In this document: positions 32,315-43,470 of the stretch, piece by piece
Position numbering within the stretch: position 1 is the first letter of the stretch
How the letters are laid out: each line of letters begins with the position of its first letter
Assembly (NCBI GenBank): GCA_002269645.1
Contig: NIVC01000421.1
Span: 310,001 to 374,000, forward strand
DNA length: 64,000 bases
Direction: 5' to 3'
Origin: Macrostomum lignano
Lineage: Eukaryota
Notes under the pieces: model-generated
Databases searched by the model: none
Told to the model about the DNA's origin: nothing
Seen by the model: only the letters and a program-made list of their open reading frames with translations
Position numbers and translations under genes: made by a program

Positions 32315-35300
32315 CTGATAAATTGTATGTATAGATTAAAATTTGGTAAGTCAGCAATGTACATTTAATATTGCAGGAAATGTTCATTGATCATTACAGG
32401 CAATGTAAATTTCAAACGGGCCACTTAAATAGTGAACAACAATTAGCGAAAAGAAATTTAAATTGTACTTAGTTGTACATTTTACTGAACATAATACGAA
32501 CAGTTTCGGTATAGGCAGTACCAATATAACTGTGATATATAATGGAGTCACTGAGCAGCTGTGGGTCAGGTAATCAGGGCTTGCCAAAAGGCGTTAGAAT
32601 TGACCACTGCAAACAAAGTTGCTCGTATATTTTAGTGCGAGTATATCTATCATCAATCGTATCTATCATCAATCGTATCTATAATCAATCGTATCCATGA
32701 TCAATCGTATCATGATTCTATGATCAATCGTATCTATGATCAATCGTATCTATGATCAATCGTATCTATGATCAATCGTATCTATGATCAACCGTATCTA
32801 TGATCAACCGTATCTATGATCAACCGTATCTATGACCAATCGTATCTATGATCAATCGTATCTATGACCAATCGTATCCATGATCAATCGTATCTATGAT
32901 CGATCGTATCTATGATCAATCGTATCTATGATCAATCGTATCTATGATCAATCGTATCTATGATCAATCGTATCTATGATCAACCGTATCTATGATCAAC
33001 CGTATCTATGATCAACCGTATCTATGACCAATCGTATCTATGATCAATCGTATCTATGATCAATCGTATCTATGATCAATCGTATCTATGATCAATCGTA
33101 TCTATGATCAATCGTATCTATGATCAATCGTGTCTATGATCAATCGTATCTATGATCAATCGTATCTATGATCAATCGTATCTATGATCAATCATATCTA
33201 TGATCAACCGTATCTATGATCAATCGTATCTATGATCAATCGTATCTATGATCAATCGTATCTATGATCAATCGTATCTATGATCAATCGTATCTATGAT
33301 CAATCGTATCTATGATCAATCGTATCAACGATCAATCGTATCTGTGATCAATCGTATCTGTTTATTCAAAGGATCATAATAAATTCAAAATTCGCAAACT
33401 AAATGACGCCGATACAAATTAGTTTTATCGTTTAAGAGATGAATACAAAGTAACCAATGCTATTTTAAGCTGAAGGACACCAAGCACCAGTGTTGGGCAA
33501 GTTACTCAAAAAAAGTAACTTGCGTTACTGTAACTTAAGTTACCAATTTTTAAAAAGTAACTTACGTTAGCCTAGTAACTTTAGACAAAAACCCCGGTAA
33601 CTTTTAAGTTACTGTCCGTTACTCACTTCCGTTACCCATGTTATTAACAAAATTTTCTGTTTTTTTCACATTGCACATTTTTTTCACACTGTTTTTACCG
33701 AAATTTGCCATTGGGCATTGGGATTAACCGATTAACAGACAGAGACAGCAATTGGCGACACGATGTGAGGCAAGTAGAAGGACCGATGGGCAATGGCAAT
33801 CAATAATTAAAATTATAAATGATAAAATAAACGAATATCAATAATTCAATAAAGTAAAATAAATAACTGTATAAAATGGTGTAGTGTACTGCAGTGCCAG
33901 CGGAGGGACTTGTGGAGGCTACAGATGAATTTCTTTCTTTGGTTGTTTGTTTGAATCAAACTTGAAAATTTTTAGTAACTTGAAAATGGAAACGTATGAA
34001 ACATTCGCCGACACCCACTCAGACACTTCTACAGACACTTCAGTTTCTGTCATACGAATCGTAGGAACAAGCATTAAATTTGTTTATTCCTTACAAACTA
34101 CCAGTAAACTGCTTTATTTTAAGCTTTTTTTGCTTTATTTTATTAAATCTGAATCATGAAATTTGTTATTCTGCATAGATTCTCTTCACGTGAAGAAGAA
34201 TGTTAAATTTGTCCAGGACACTTCCTAATTCATATTTAATAAAATAAAGCAAAAAAAGCCCAAAATAAAGCAGTTTACTGGTAGTTTGTAAGGAATAAAC
34301 AAATTTAATGCTTGTTCCTACGATTCGTACGACAGAAACTAAAGTGTCTGTAGAAGCGTCTGAACAAGTGTCGGCGAATGTTTCATACGTAAATGAAAGG
34401 CAAAAATATTTTACTGAAATTATAACAAAGCAAAACATGTTTCAAGTATTTCTTCATTAATTAAAGCGCAATACCAAATGATACTATTCACTTAATTTTG
34501 AATTTAGGAATGAAAAATGCAAAAACATGTGACAACCGGCGTAATAGCTAAGCATTTCAGTTTTAAATTTAAATATTGCGATTGTTGCAAAGTAACTGTA
34601 ACGGACTTCTGAAATTTGAGTAACTTACCGTTACTCCGTTACTAAAATAAAAAAGTAACTTGCGTAAGGAACGCTTTACGAAAAAGTAACTTGCGTTACC
34701 ATTTGCAAGTTACTCGGTAACGGAAGTGCCCAACACTGCCAAGCACTTCGCTATAGACAGCTGGAAGGAATTAAAAAGCTTATTTAAACTCGGCAACTCT
34801 AAGTGCCAGGCTTATAAATTTCATAGGATCTTCCAATTCGAAGAGCAATGAGATCAAATTCAGACACGAGGGACAGACTATCTTGATTGCTCAGAACTCT
34901 GGAGTGACCGTGACGGACCTGAGCGGCTTGAAGTTGGTTCAAATCAAACCGAAAAGTCAAGTCAAGGGACTGGGCTACTACAAATCCAACACTGTATATA
35001 AGCTGCTATGACCAAGTTGCCGACTTTGACACGGACACCGGAGAGATGAAGCATCTCACAAAGCCGATGTGGTACAATAATTCCGAGCTAGGCAACCTGG
35101 TCATTTATGACAATCACTTGCTAGTGATAGACCTTCAGCAAAAACAGGTGCTCAGGTTGCGTAAGCACATCCACACCGATGCTGATGCTGAACATCCTGC
35201 GATGACGTCACTTCCGCTCTGCAGCCCTCCTGAAGACACTGAGAGTACTGCTTGTGCATGTTCTTTCAATTGTTTGTTGCTTCGTCCGGATATGCATTAA

Positions 35301-38300
35301 GCCGATGTATCATTCAGGTTGGGTAATTTTATTAGACAGCCTGAGTTTTTCACATTGGAAGCTGAGACGACTCTTTCTGATTGATAAAAAAGTGATTTAA
35401 AAACGCTTGGAAAAAGCACAGTTAAAATAGATTGCAAACAGGCATTTGCGCAAGGTGAAGGAATATTGATGCAGTGATAATGCAGTGATTGATTTTGCAG
35501 TGATGAAGCAGGGATGAAGCAAGTGATGATGCAGTGATAATGCAGTGATTGATTTTGCAGTGATGAAGCAGGGATGAAGCAAGTGATGATGCAGTGATGA
35601 TGCAGTGATGATGCAGTGATGATGCAGTGATGATGCAGTGATGATGCAGTGATGATGCAGTGATGATGCAGTGATAATGCAGTGATTGATTTTGCAGTGA
35701 TGAAGCAGGGATGAAGCAAGTGATGATGCAGTGATGATGCAGTGATGATGCAGTGATGATGCAGTGATGATGCAGTGATGATGCAGTGATGATGCAGTGA
35801 TGATGCAGTGATGATGCAGTGATGATGCAGTGATGATGCATTGATGATGCAGTGATGATGCAGTGATGATGCAGTGATGATGCAGTGATGATGCAGTGAT
35901 GATGCAGTGATGATGCAGTGATGATGCAGTGATGATGCAGTGATGATGCAGTGATGATGCAGTGATGATGCAGTGATGATGCAGTGATGATGCAGTGATG
36001 ATGCAGTGATGATGCAGTGATGATGCAGTGATGATGCAGTGCTATTGTACGCATAGAATATAGCCTAAGCTGATGAACAGACAAGAAACAATAAAAATAA
36101 ACTCGAACTCTCAGCAAACCTTCATATGCTGACTTAGCCGCAGGCCTTCAAGGCAGACCTCTGCCACAGTGGCCTGCATTGCCTGGTCCATGTCGCCCGA
36201 GATAAACTGCACCGAGTGACCGGAGTTTTCCTCGGTCCCGAACTGCCTGCCGCCGACTTAGCCTGCAATTCTTGACGCCTGGAATGGCGATTTAAAAAAT
36301 GACAGTAGTAAATAAAAATTTCAATAAAAGCATCAGGCATGGACACTACCAGCGCCTTGGAAGTTGGCGCATCTAAGCCAATTTTATTTTTGCAGCAAAT
36401 TTTATAAATAATAACCATAGAAGATAAAAACTTGCATGCTTTCAACATTGAGCCCGAGGGTGTCGCAAAACGACTGCAGATCGATCAGGCCGCTGTTATC
36501 GCTGTCCAATATTCGCATCCACTTCTGCGGTTTCAGGGGCGAGGAAAGGCGCATTGATTGTTGTGCATGGAAACTGCACTGAGACAGGCACTGAGACAGG
36601 CACTGAGACAGGCACTGAGACAGGCACTGAGACAGGCACTGAGACAGGCCCTGAGACAGGCACTGAGACAGGCACTGAGACAGGCACTGAGACAGGCACT
36701 GAGACAGGCACTGAGACAGGCACTGAGACAGGCACTGAGACAGACACTGAGACAGGCACTGAGACAGGCACTGAGACAGGCACTGAGACAGGCCCTGAGA
36801 CAGGCACTGAGACAGGCACGGAGACAGGCCCTGAGACAGGCACTGAGACAGGCACTGAGACAGGCACTGAGACAGGCACTGAGACAGGCACTGAGACAGG
36901 CACTGAGACAGGCACTGAGACAGGCACTGAGACAGGCACGGAGACAGGCACTGAGACAGGCACTGAGACAGGCACTGAGACAGGCACTGAGACAGGCACT
37001 GAGACAGGCACTGAGACAGGCACTGAGACAGGCACTGAGACAGGCACTGAGACAGGCACGGAGACAGGCACTGAGACAGGCACTGAGACAGGCACGGAGA
37101 CAGGCACTGAGACAGGCACTGAGACAGGCACGGAGACAGGCACTGAGACAGGCACTGAGACAGGCACGGAGACAGGCACGGAGACAGGCACGGAGACAGG
37201 CACTGAGACAGGCACTGAGACAGGCACGGAGACAGGCACTGAGACAGGCACTGAGACAGGCACTGAGACAGGCACTGAGACAGGCACTGAGACAGGCACT
37301 GAGACAGGCACTGAGACAGGCACTGAGACAGGCACTGAGACAGGCACGGAGACAGGCACTGAGACAGGCACTGAGACAGGCACTGAGACAGGCACGGAGA
37401 CAGGCACTGAGACAGGCACTGAGACAGGCACTGAGACAGGCACTGAGACAGGCACTGAGACAGGCACTGAGACAGGCACTGAGACAGGCACTGAGACAGG
37501 CACGGAGACAGGCACTGAGACAGGCACGGAGACAGGCACTGAGACAGGCACTGAGACAGGCACTGAGACAGGCACTGAGACAGGCACTGAGACAGGCACT
37601 GAGACAGGCACGGAGACAGGCACTGAGACAGGCACTGAGACAGGCACTGAGACAGGCACTGAGACAGGCACTGAGACAGGCACTGAGACAGGCACTGAGA
37701 CAGGCACTGAGACAGGCACTGAGACAGGCACTGAGACAGGCACTGAGACAGGCACTGAGACAGGCACGGAGACAGGCACTGAGACAGGCACTGAGACAGG
37801 CACTGAGACAGGCACTGAGACAGGCACTGAGACAGGCACGGAGACAGGCCCTGAGACAGGCACTGAGACAGGCACTGAGACAGGCACTGAGACAGGCACT
37901 GAGACAGGCACTGAGACAGGCACTGAGACAGGCACTGAGACAGGCACTGAGACAGGCACTGAGACAGGCACTGAGACAGGCACGGAGACAGGCACTGAGA
38001 CAGGCACTGAGACAGGCACTGAGACAGGCACTGAGACAGGCACTGAGACAGGCACTGAGACAGGCACTGAGACAGGCACTGAGACAGACACTGAGACAGA
38101 CACTGAGACAGGCACTGAGACAGGCACTGAGACAGGCACTGAGACAGACACTGAGACAGACACTGAGACAGGCACTGAGACAGGCACTGAGACAGGCACT
38201 GAGACAGGCACTGAGACAGGCACGGAGACAGGCACTGAGACAGGCACTGAGACAGGCACTGAGACAGGCACTGAGACAGGCACTGAGACAGGCACTGAGA

Positions 38301-41300
38301 CAGGCACTGAGACAGGCACTGAGACAGGCACTGAGACAGGCACTGAGACAGGCACTGAGACAGGCACTGAGACAGGCACTGAGACAGACACTGAGACAGA
38401 CACTGAGACAGGCACTGAGACAGGCACTGAGACAGGCACTGAGACAGACACTGAGACAGACACTGAGACAGGCACTGAGACAGGCACTGAGACAGGCACT
38501 GAGACAGGCACTGAGACAGGCACGGAGACAGGCACTGAGACAGGCACTGAGACAGGCACTGAGACAGGCACTGAGACAGGCACTGAGACAGGCACTGAGA
38601 CAGGCACTGAGACAGGCACTGAGACAGGCACTGAGACAGACACTGAGACAGACACTGAGACAGGCACTGAGACAGGCACTGAGACAGGCACTGAGACAGG
38701 CACTGAGACAGGCACTGAGACAGGCACTGAGACAGGCACTGAGACAGGCACTGAGACAGGCACTGAGACAGGCACTGAGACAGACACTGAGACAGGCACT
38801 GAGACAGGCACTGAGACAGGCACTGAGACAGGCCCTGAGACAGACACTGAGACAGGCACTGAGACAGGCACTGAGACAGGCACGGAGACAGGCACTGAGA
38901 CAGGCACTGAGACAGGCACTGAGACAGACACTGAGACAGGCCCTGAGACAGGCACTGAGACAGGCACTGAGACAGGCCCTGAGACAGGCACTGAGACAGG
39001 CACTGAGACAGGCACTGAGACAGGCACTGAGACAGGCACTGAGACAGGCACTGAGACAGGCACTGAGACAGGCACTGAGACAGACACTGAGACAGACACT
39101 GAGACAGACACTGAGACAGGCACTGAGACAGGCACTGAGACAGACACTGAGACAGACACTGAGACAGGCACTGAGACAGGCACTGAGACAGGCACTGAGA
39201 CAGGCACTGAGACAGGCACTGAGACAGGCACTGAGACAGGCACTGAGACAGACACTGAGACAGACACTGAGACAGGCACTGAGACAGGCACTGAGACAGG
39301 CACTGAGACAGGCCCTGAGACAGACACTGAGACAGGCACTGAGACAGGCACTGAGACAGGCACGGAGACAGGCACTGAGACAGGCACTGAGACAGGCACT
39401 GAGACAGACACTGAGACAGGCCCTGAGACAGGCACTGAGACAGGCACTGAGACAGGCCCTGAGACAGGCACTGAGACAGGCACTGAGACAGGCACTGAGA
39501 CAGGCACTGAGACAGGCACTGAGACAGGCACTGAGACAGGCACTGAGACAGGCACTGAGACAGGCACTGAGACAGGCACTGAGACAGACACTGAGACAGA
39601 CACTGAGACAGGCACTGAGACAGGCACTGAGACAGGCACTGAGACAGACACTGAGACAGACACTGAGACAGACACTGAGACAGGCACTGAGACAGGCACT
39701 GAGACAGACACTGAGACAGACACTGAGACAGGCACTGAGACAGGCACTGAGACAGACACTGAGACAGACACTGAGACAGGCACTGAGACAGGCACTGAGA
39801 CAGGCACTGAGACAGGCACGGAGACAGGCACTGAGACAGGCACTGAGACAGGCACTGAGACAGACACTGAGACAGGCACTGAGACAGGCACTGAGACAGG
39901 CACGGAGACAGGCACTGAGACAGGCACTGAGACAGGCCCTGAGACAGACACTGAGACAGGCACTGAGACAGGCACTGAGACAGGCACTGAGACAGGCACG
40001 GAGACAGGCACTGAGACAGGCCCTGAGACAGGCACTGAGACAGGCACGGAGACAGGCACGGAGACAGGCACTGAGACAGGCACTGAGACAGGCACGGAGA
40101 CAGGCACTGAGACAGGCACTGAGACAGGCACTGAGACAGGCACTGAGACAGGCACTGAGACAGGCACGGAGACAGGCACTGAGACAGGCCCTGAGACAGG
40201 CACTGAGACAGGCACGGAGACAGGCCCTGAGACAGGCACTGAGACAGGCACTGAGACAGGCACTGAGACAGGCACTGAGACAGGCACTGAGACAGGCACT
40301 GAGACAGACACTGAGACAGGCACTGAGACAGGCACTGAGACAGGCACTGAGACAGGCACGGAGACAGGCACTGAGACAGGCACTGAGACAGGCACTGAGA
40401 CAGGCACTGAGACAGGCACTGAGACAGACACTGAGACAGGCACTGAGACAGGCACTGAGACAGGCACGGAGACAGGCACTGAGACAGGCACTGAGACAGG
40501 CACTGAGACAGGCACTGAGACAGGCACTGAGACAGGCACTGAGACAGGCACGGAGACAGGCACTGAGACAGGCACTGAGACAGGCCCTGAGACAGACACT
40601 GAGACAGGCACTGAGACAGGCACTGAGACAGGCACTGAGACAGGCACTGAGACAGGCACTGAGACAGGCACTGAGACAGGCACTGAGACAGGCACGGAGA
40701 CAGGCACGGAGACAGGCACTGAGACAGGCACTGAGACAGGCACGGAGACAGGCACTGAGACAGGCACTGAGACAGGCACTGAGACAGGCACTGAGACAGG
40801 CACTGAGACAGGCACTGAGACAGGCACTGAGACAGGCACTGAGACAGGCACTGAGACAGGCACTGAGACAGGCACTGAGACAGGCACGGAGACAGGCACT
40901 GAGACAGGCACTGAGACAGGCACGGAGACAGGCACGGAGACAGGCACTGAGACAGGCACTGAGACAGGCACTGAGACAGGCACTGAGACAGGCACTGAGA
41001 CAGGCACTGAGACAGGCACTGAGACAGGCACGGAGACAGGCACTGAGACAGGCACTGAGACAGGCACGGAGACAGGCACTGAGACAGGCACTGAGACAGG
41101 CACGGAGACAGGCACTGAGACAGGCACTGAGACAGGCACGGAGACAGGCACGGAGACAGGCACGGAGACAGGCACTGAGACAGGCACTGAGACAGGCACG
41201 GAGACAGGCACTGAGACAGGCACTGAGACAGGCACTGAGACAGGCACTGAGACAGGCACTGAGACAGGCACTGAGACAGGCACTGAGACAGGCACTGAGA

Positions 41301-41804
41301 CAGGCACTGAGACAGGCACGGAGACAGGCACGGAGACAGGCACTGAGACAGGCACTGAGACAGGCACGGAGACAGGCACTGAGACAGGCACTGAGACAGG
41401 CACTGAGACAGGCACTGAGACAGGCACTGAGACAGGCACGGAGACAGGCACTGAGACAGGCACTGAGACAGGCACGGAGACAGGCACTGAGACAGGCACG
41501 GAGACAGGCACTGAGACAGGCACTGAGACAGGCACTGAGACAGGCACTGAGACAGGCACTGAGACAGGCACTGAGACAGGCACGGAGACAGGCACTGAGA
41601 CAGGCACTGAGACAGGCACTGAGACAGGCACTGAGACAGGCACTGAGACAGGCACTGAGACAGACAAAGACGCAGACAAAGACTCACCCGCACAAAGCTG
41701 TCATCGCTGCCCTGCTGCTTCATGTAGGCGGCCAAATCGTTAGTGGCGATTGCGCCTCGACCTTCGCGATCCACGGCCAGCCAGGCGTCCTTGAACCCGT
41801 CCAT
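32144..41804 (-). CDS. Tegumental-allergen-like (TAL) protein: two EF-hands plus dynein-light-chain-like domain; exons 41804-41688, 36524-36432, about 36278-36120, 32314-32144
   Basis: MDGFKDAWLAVDREGRGAI..DL and KWMRILDSDNSGLIDLQSFCDTLGL form an EF-hand pair. FISGDMDQAMQ..|DAPKWIKNQLDSKLGFLWHVVVVNGEFWCYYGHEPGYSFVFRYGKHIFIVYKTP is DLC-like and matches the Sm22.6-type C-terminus pattern. The exon 2-3 junction is unresolved (see findings). Confidence 0.85.
32645..33360 (+). repeat. 16-bp minisatellite (CGTATCTATGATCAAT), about 44 copies, TAL intron 3
   Basis: Seen in sequence. Confidence 0.96.
33488..34738. mobile_element. Non-autonomous hAT-superfamily DNA transposon (1251 bp) in TAL intron 3
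   Basis: 12-bp TIRs CAGTGTTGGGCA / TGCCCAACACTG; exact 8-bp TSD CCAAGCAC (33480-33487 and 34739-34746); many subterminal AAGTAAC/GTTACT motifs; no transposase ORF. Confidence 0.9.
33992..34390. repeat. Long inverted repeat (163-bp arms 33992-34154 and 34228-34390, 73-nt spacer)
   Basis: The arms are reverse complements. ORFs 33947+ and 34166-34438- give near-identical peptides. Confidence 0.92.
34826..35300 (+). pseudogene. Possible frameshifted beta-propeller (NHL-like) coding remnant, antisense within TAL intron 3
   Basis: Two overlapping open frames that read as protein-like: ...QTILIAQNSGVTVTDLSG...GLGYYKSN and LYISCYDQVADFDTDTGEMK...GNLVIYDNHLLVIDLQQKQVLRL. The family assignment is a pattern impression only. 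Confidence 0.25.
35465..36042 (+). repeat. 11-bp minisatellite (GATGATGCAGT), TAL intron 3
   Basis: Seen in sequence. Confidence 0.96.
36120..36278 (-). CDS. TAL exon 3 (start of DLC domain); 5' boundary uncertain, in-frame TAA at 36260-36258
   Basis: VQFISGDMDQAMQATVAEVCLEGLRLSQHMK; donor AAG|GTTTGC at 36119. Confidence 0.65.
36432..36524 (-). CDS. TAL exon 2 (EF-hand 2)
   Basis: Acceptor CCGCAG, in frame with exon 1; KWMRILDSDNSGLIDLQSFCDTLGLNVESMQ. Confidence 0.85.
36566..41665 (+). repeat. 12-bp satellite (GAGACAGGCACT), about 425 copies, TAL intron 1
   Basis: Indel-free periodicity of 12; source of the four 1700-1800 aa ORFs. Confidence 0.98.
41688..41804 (-). CDS. TAL exon 1 (EF-hand 1)
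   Basis: ATG at 41804; 39 codons; donor CGG|GTGAGT. Confidence 0.85.
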
Positions 41805-41900
41805 TTAGAAGTCTTTGTCGTAGTATTATTTTGTTAACGAAAATTGTATTAACTCAGCTGTCCCGCTTGGCACTTGGAAGAAATGGGTTTAAACTGAGTT

Positions 41901-41937
41901 TTTATATACACGACAGCATCGCAACTGAGTTCATTGG
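41901..41937 (-). promoter_or_regulatory. Putative TATA (41901-41908) and CCAAT (41933-41937) boxes of the TAL gene
   Basis: Minus strand TATATAAA about 97 nt upstream of the ATG, with CCAAT about 25 nt further upstream. Motif and position only. Confidence 0.4.
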
Positions 41938-42134
41938 CTGACCAATCTAACTAATGCTCAAATAAATTCTACGAGTATATTTAAGGAGTTGAAGATGGAG
42001 ACACTTCTTGTCAACATATTCCGGTGCAGTGTGCCGTTTGTTTGCTGACTGAGTTGCGGCTATGCGGCGTCTTTCTGGGTTGGGCGACTGGGCATGGGTG
42101 AGCAGAATATTGGAATGCGCCTGGGATGGAATAC

Positions 42135-43200
42135 CTCTCTCTACCTCTCCCTCTCGGAGTCTCTCCCTCTCTCTCTCCTTCTCCCTCTCTCTCTCTCCCT
42201 CTTTCCCTCTCTCTCTCCCTCTCCCTCCCTCTTTCCCTGTCTCTCTCCTTCTCCCTCTCTCTCTCTCCCTCTTTCCCTCTCTCTCTCCCTCTCCCTCCCT
42301 CTTTCCCTGTCTCTCTCCTTCTCCCTCTCTCTCTCTCCCTCTTTCCCTCTCTCTCTCCCTCTCCCTCCCTCTTTCCCTGTCTCTCTCCTTCTCCCTCTCT
42401 CTCCCTCTCCCTCTTTCCCTCTCTCTCTCCCTCTCCCTCCCTCTTTCCCTGTCTCTCTCCTTCTCCCTCTCTCTCTCCCTCTTTCCCTCTCTCTCTCCCT
42501 CTCCCTCCCTCTTTCCCTGTCTCTCTCCTTCTCCCTCTCTCTCCCTCTCCCTCTTTCCCTCTCTCTCTCCCTCTCCCTCCCTCTTTCCCTGTCTCTCTCC
42601 TTCTCCCTCTCTCTCTCTCCCTCTTTCCCTCTCTCTCTCCCTCTCCCTCCCTCTTTCCCTGTCTCTCTCCTTCTCCCTCTCTCTCCCTCTCCCTCCCTCT
42701 TTCCCTGTCTCTCTCCTTCTCCCTCTCTCTCCCTCTCCCTCCCTCTTTCCCTCTCTCTCTCCTTCTCCCTCTCTCTCTCCCTCTCTCTCTCCCTCTCTCT
42801 CTCCCTCTCTCTCTCCCTCTCTCTCTCCCTCCCTCTCTCCCTCTCTCTCTCCCTCTCTCTCTCCCTCTCTCTCTCCCTCTCTCTCTCCCTCCCTCTCTCC
42901 CTCTCTCTCTCCTTCTCCCCCTCGCTCTCCCTCTCTCTCTCCCTCTCTCTCCCTTCCTCTCTCCCTCCCTCTCTCCCTCTCTCCCTCCTTCTCCCTCTCT
43001 CTCTCCCCCTCTCTCTCTCCCTCTCTCCCTCTCTCCCCCTCTCTCCTTTTCTCTCTCTCTGCCCGCCCCTCTCTCTCTCCCCTCTCTACCACTCCCTCTC
43101 CCTTTCTCTCTCTATCTCACCCTCTCCCTCTTTCTCTCTCTCTCTGCCTCTCCCTTACCCTCTCCCTCTTTCTCTCCCACTCTCTCTTCATCTCCTCATC
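42135..43200 (+). repeat. Compound CT-rich microsatellite
   Basis: CTCTCCCT/CTCTTTCCCTGT units. Confidence 0.93.
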
Positions 43201-43431
43201 TCCATTTCCTTCTAGCTCTGCAGCTCCTCCCTTCTGCAGCTCTGCAGCTCAATCTGCGCCCACTGTTTTGCGCAATCTCGCTTTAGCCAACCGGTTTTGG
43301 AATTTAGAGTCTTGACTCATAGTTGATGTACTTACAGTATGCACATGCGCGGTCTCTCCCTCCCCCCCCACTTTTCGCTTATATTTATTTGTCTATTTAT
43401 TTATTTGCTTCTCACTATAATTATATTCATT

Positions 43432-43470
43432 TTGCCCTGACGAAGAATTTCGTATTCGAAATATCGGCAA
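43432..43470 (+). ncRNA. Minimal type I hammerhead ribozyme motif (Penelope/retrozyme-like)
   Basis: TTGCC-CTGACGA-A-GAAT(TTCGT)ATTC-GAAA-TA-TC-GGCAA: full catalytic core, 5-bp stem I, 4-bp stem II, palindromic ATAT stem III. Confidence 0.62.

Noticed and set aside
36402-41837. Four 1700-1800 aa ORFs (LSQC, VSVP, TETG and RQAL repeats) as giant repetitive proteins
   Set aside because: They are translations of a stop-free 12-bp satellite inside a GT-AG intron. Only the unique ends of the 36402-41804 ORF are real (TAL exons 1 and 2). The TETG frame has no ATG start or exon context.
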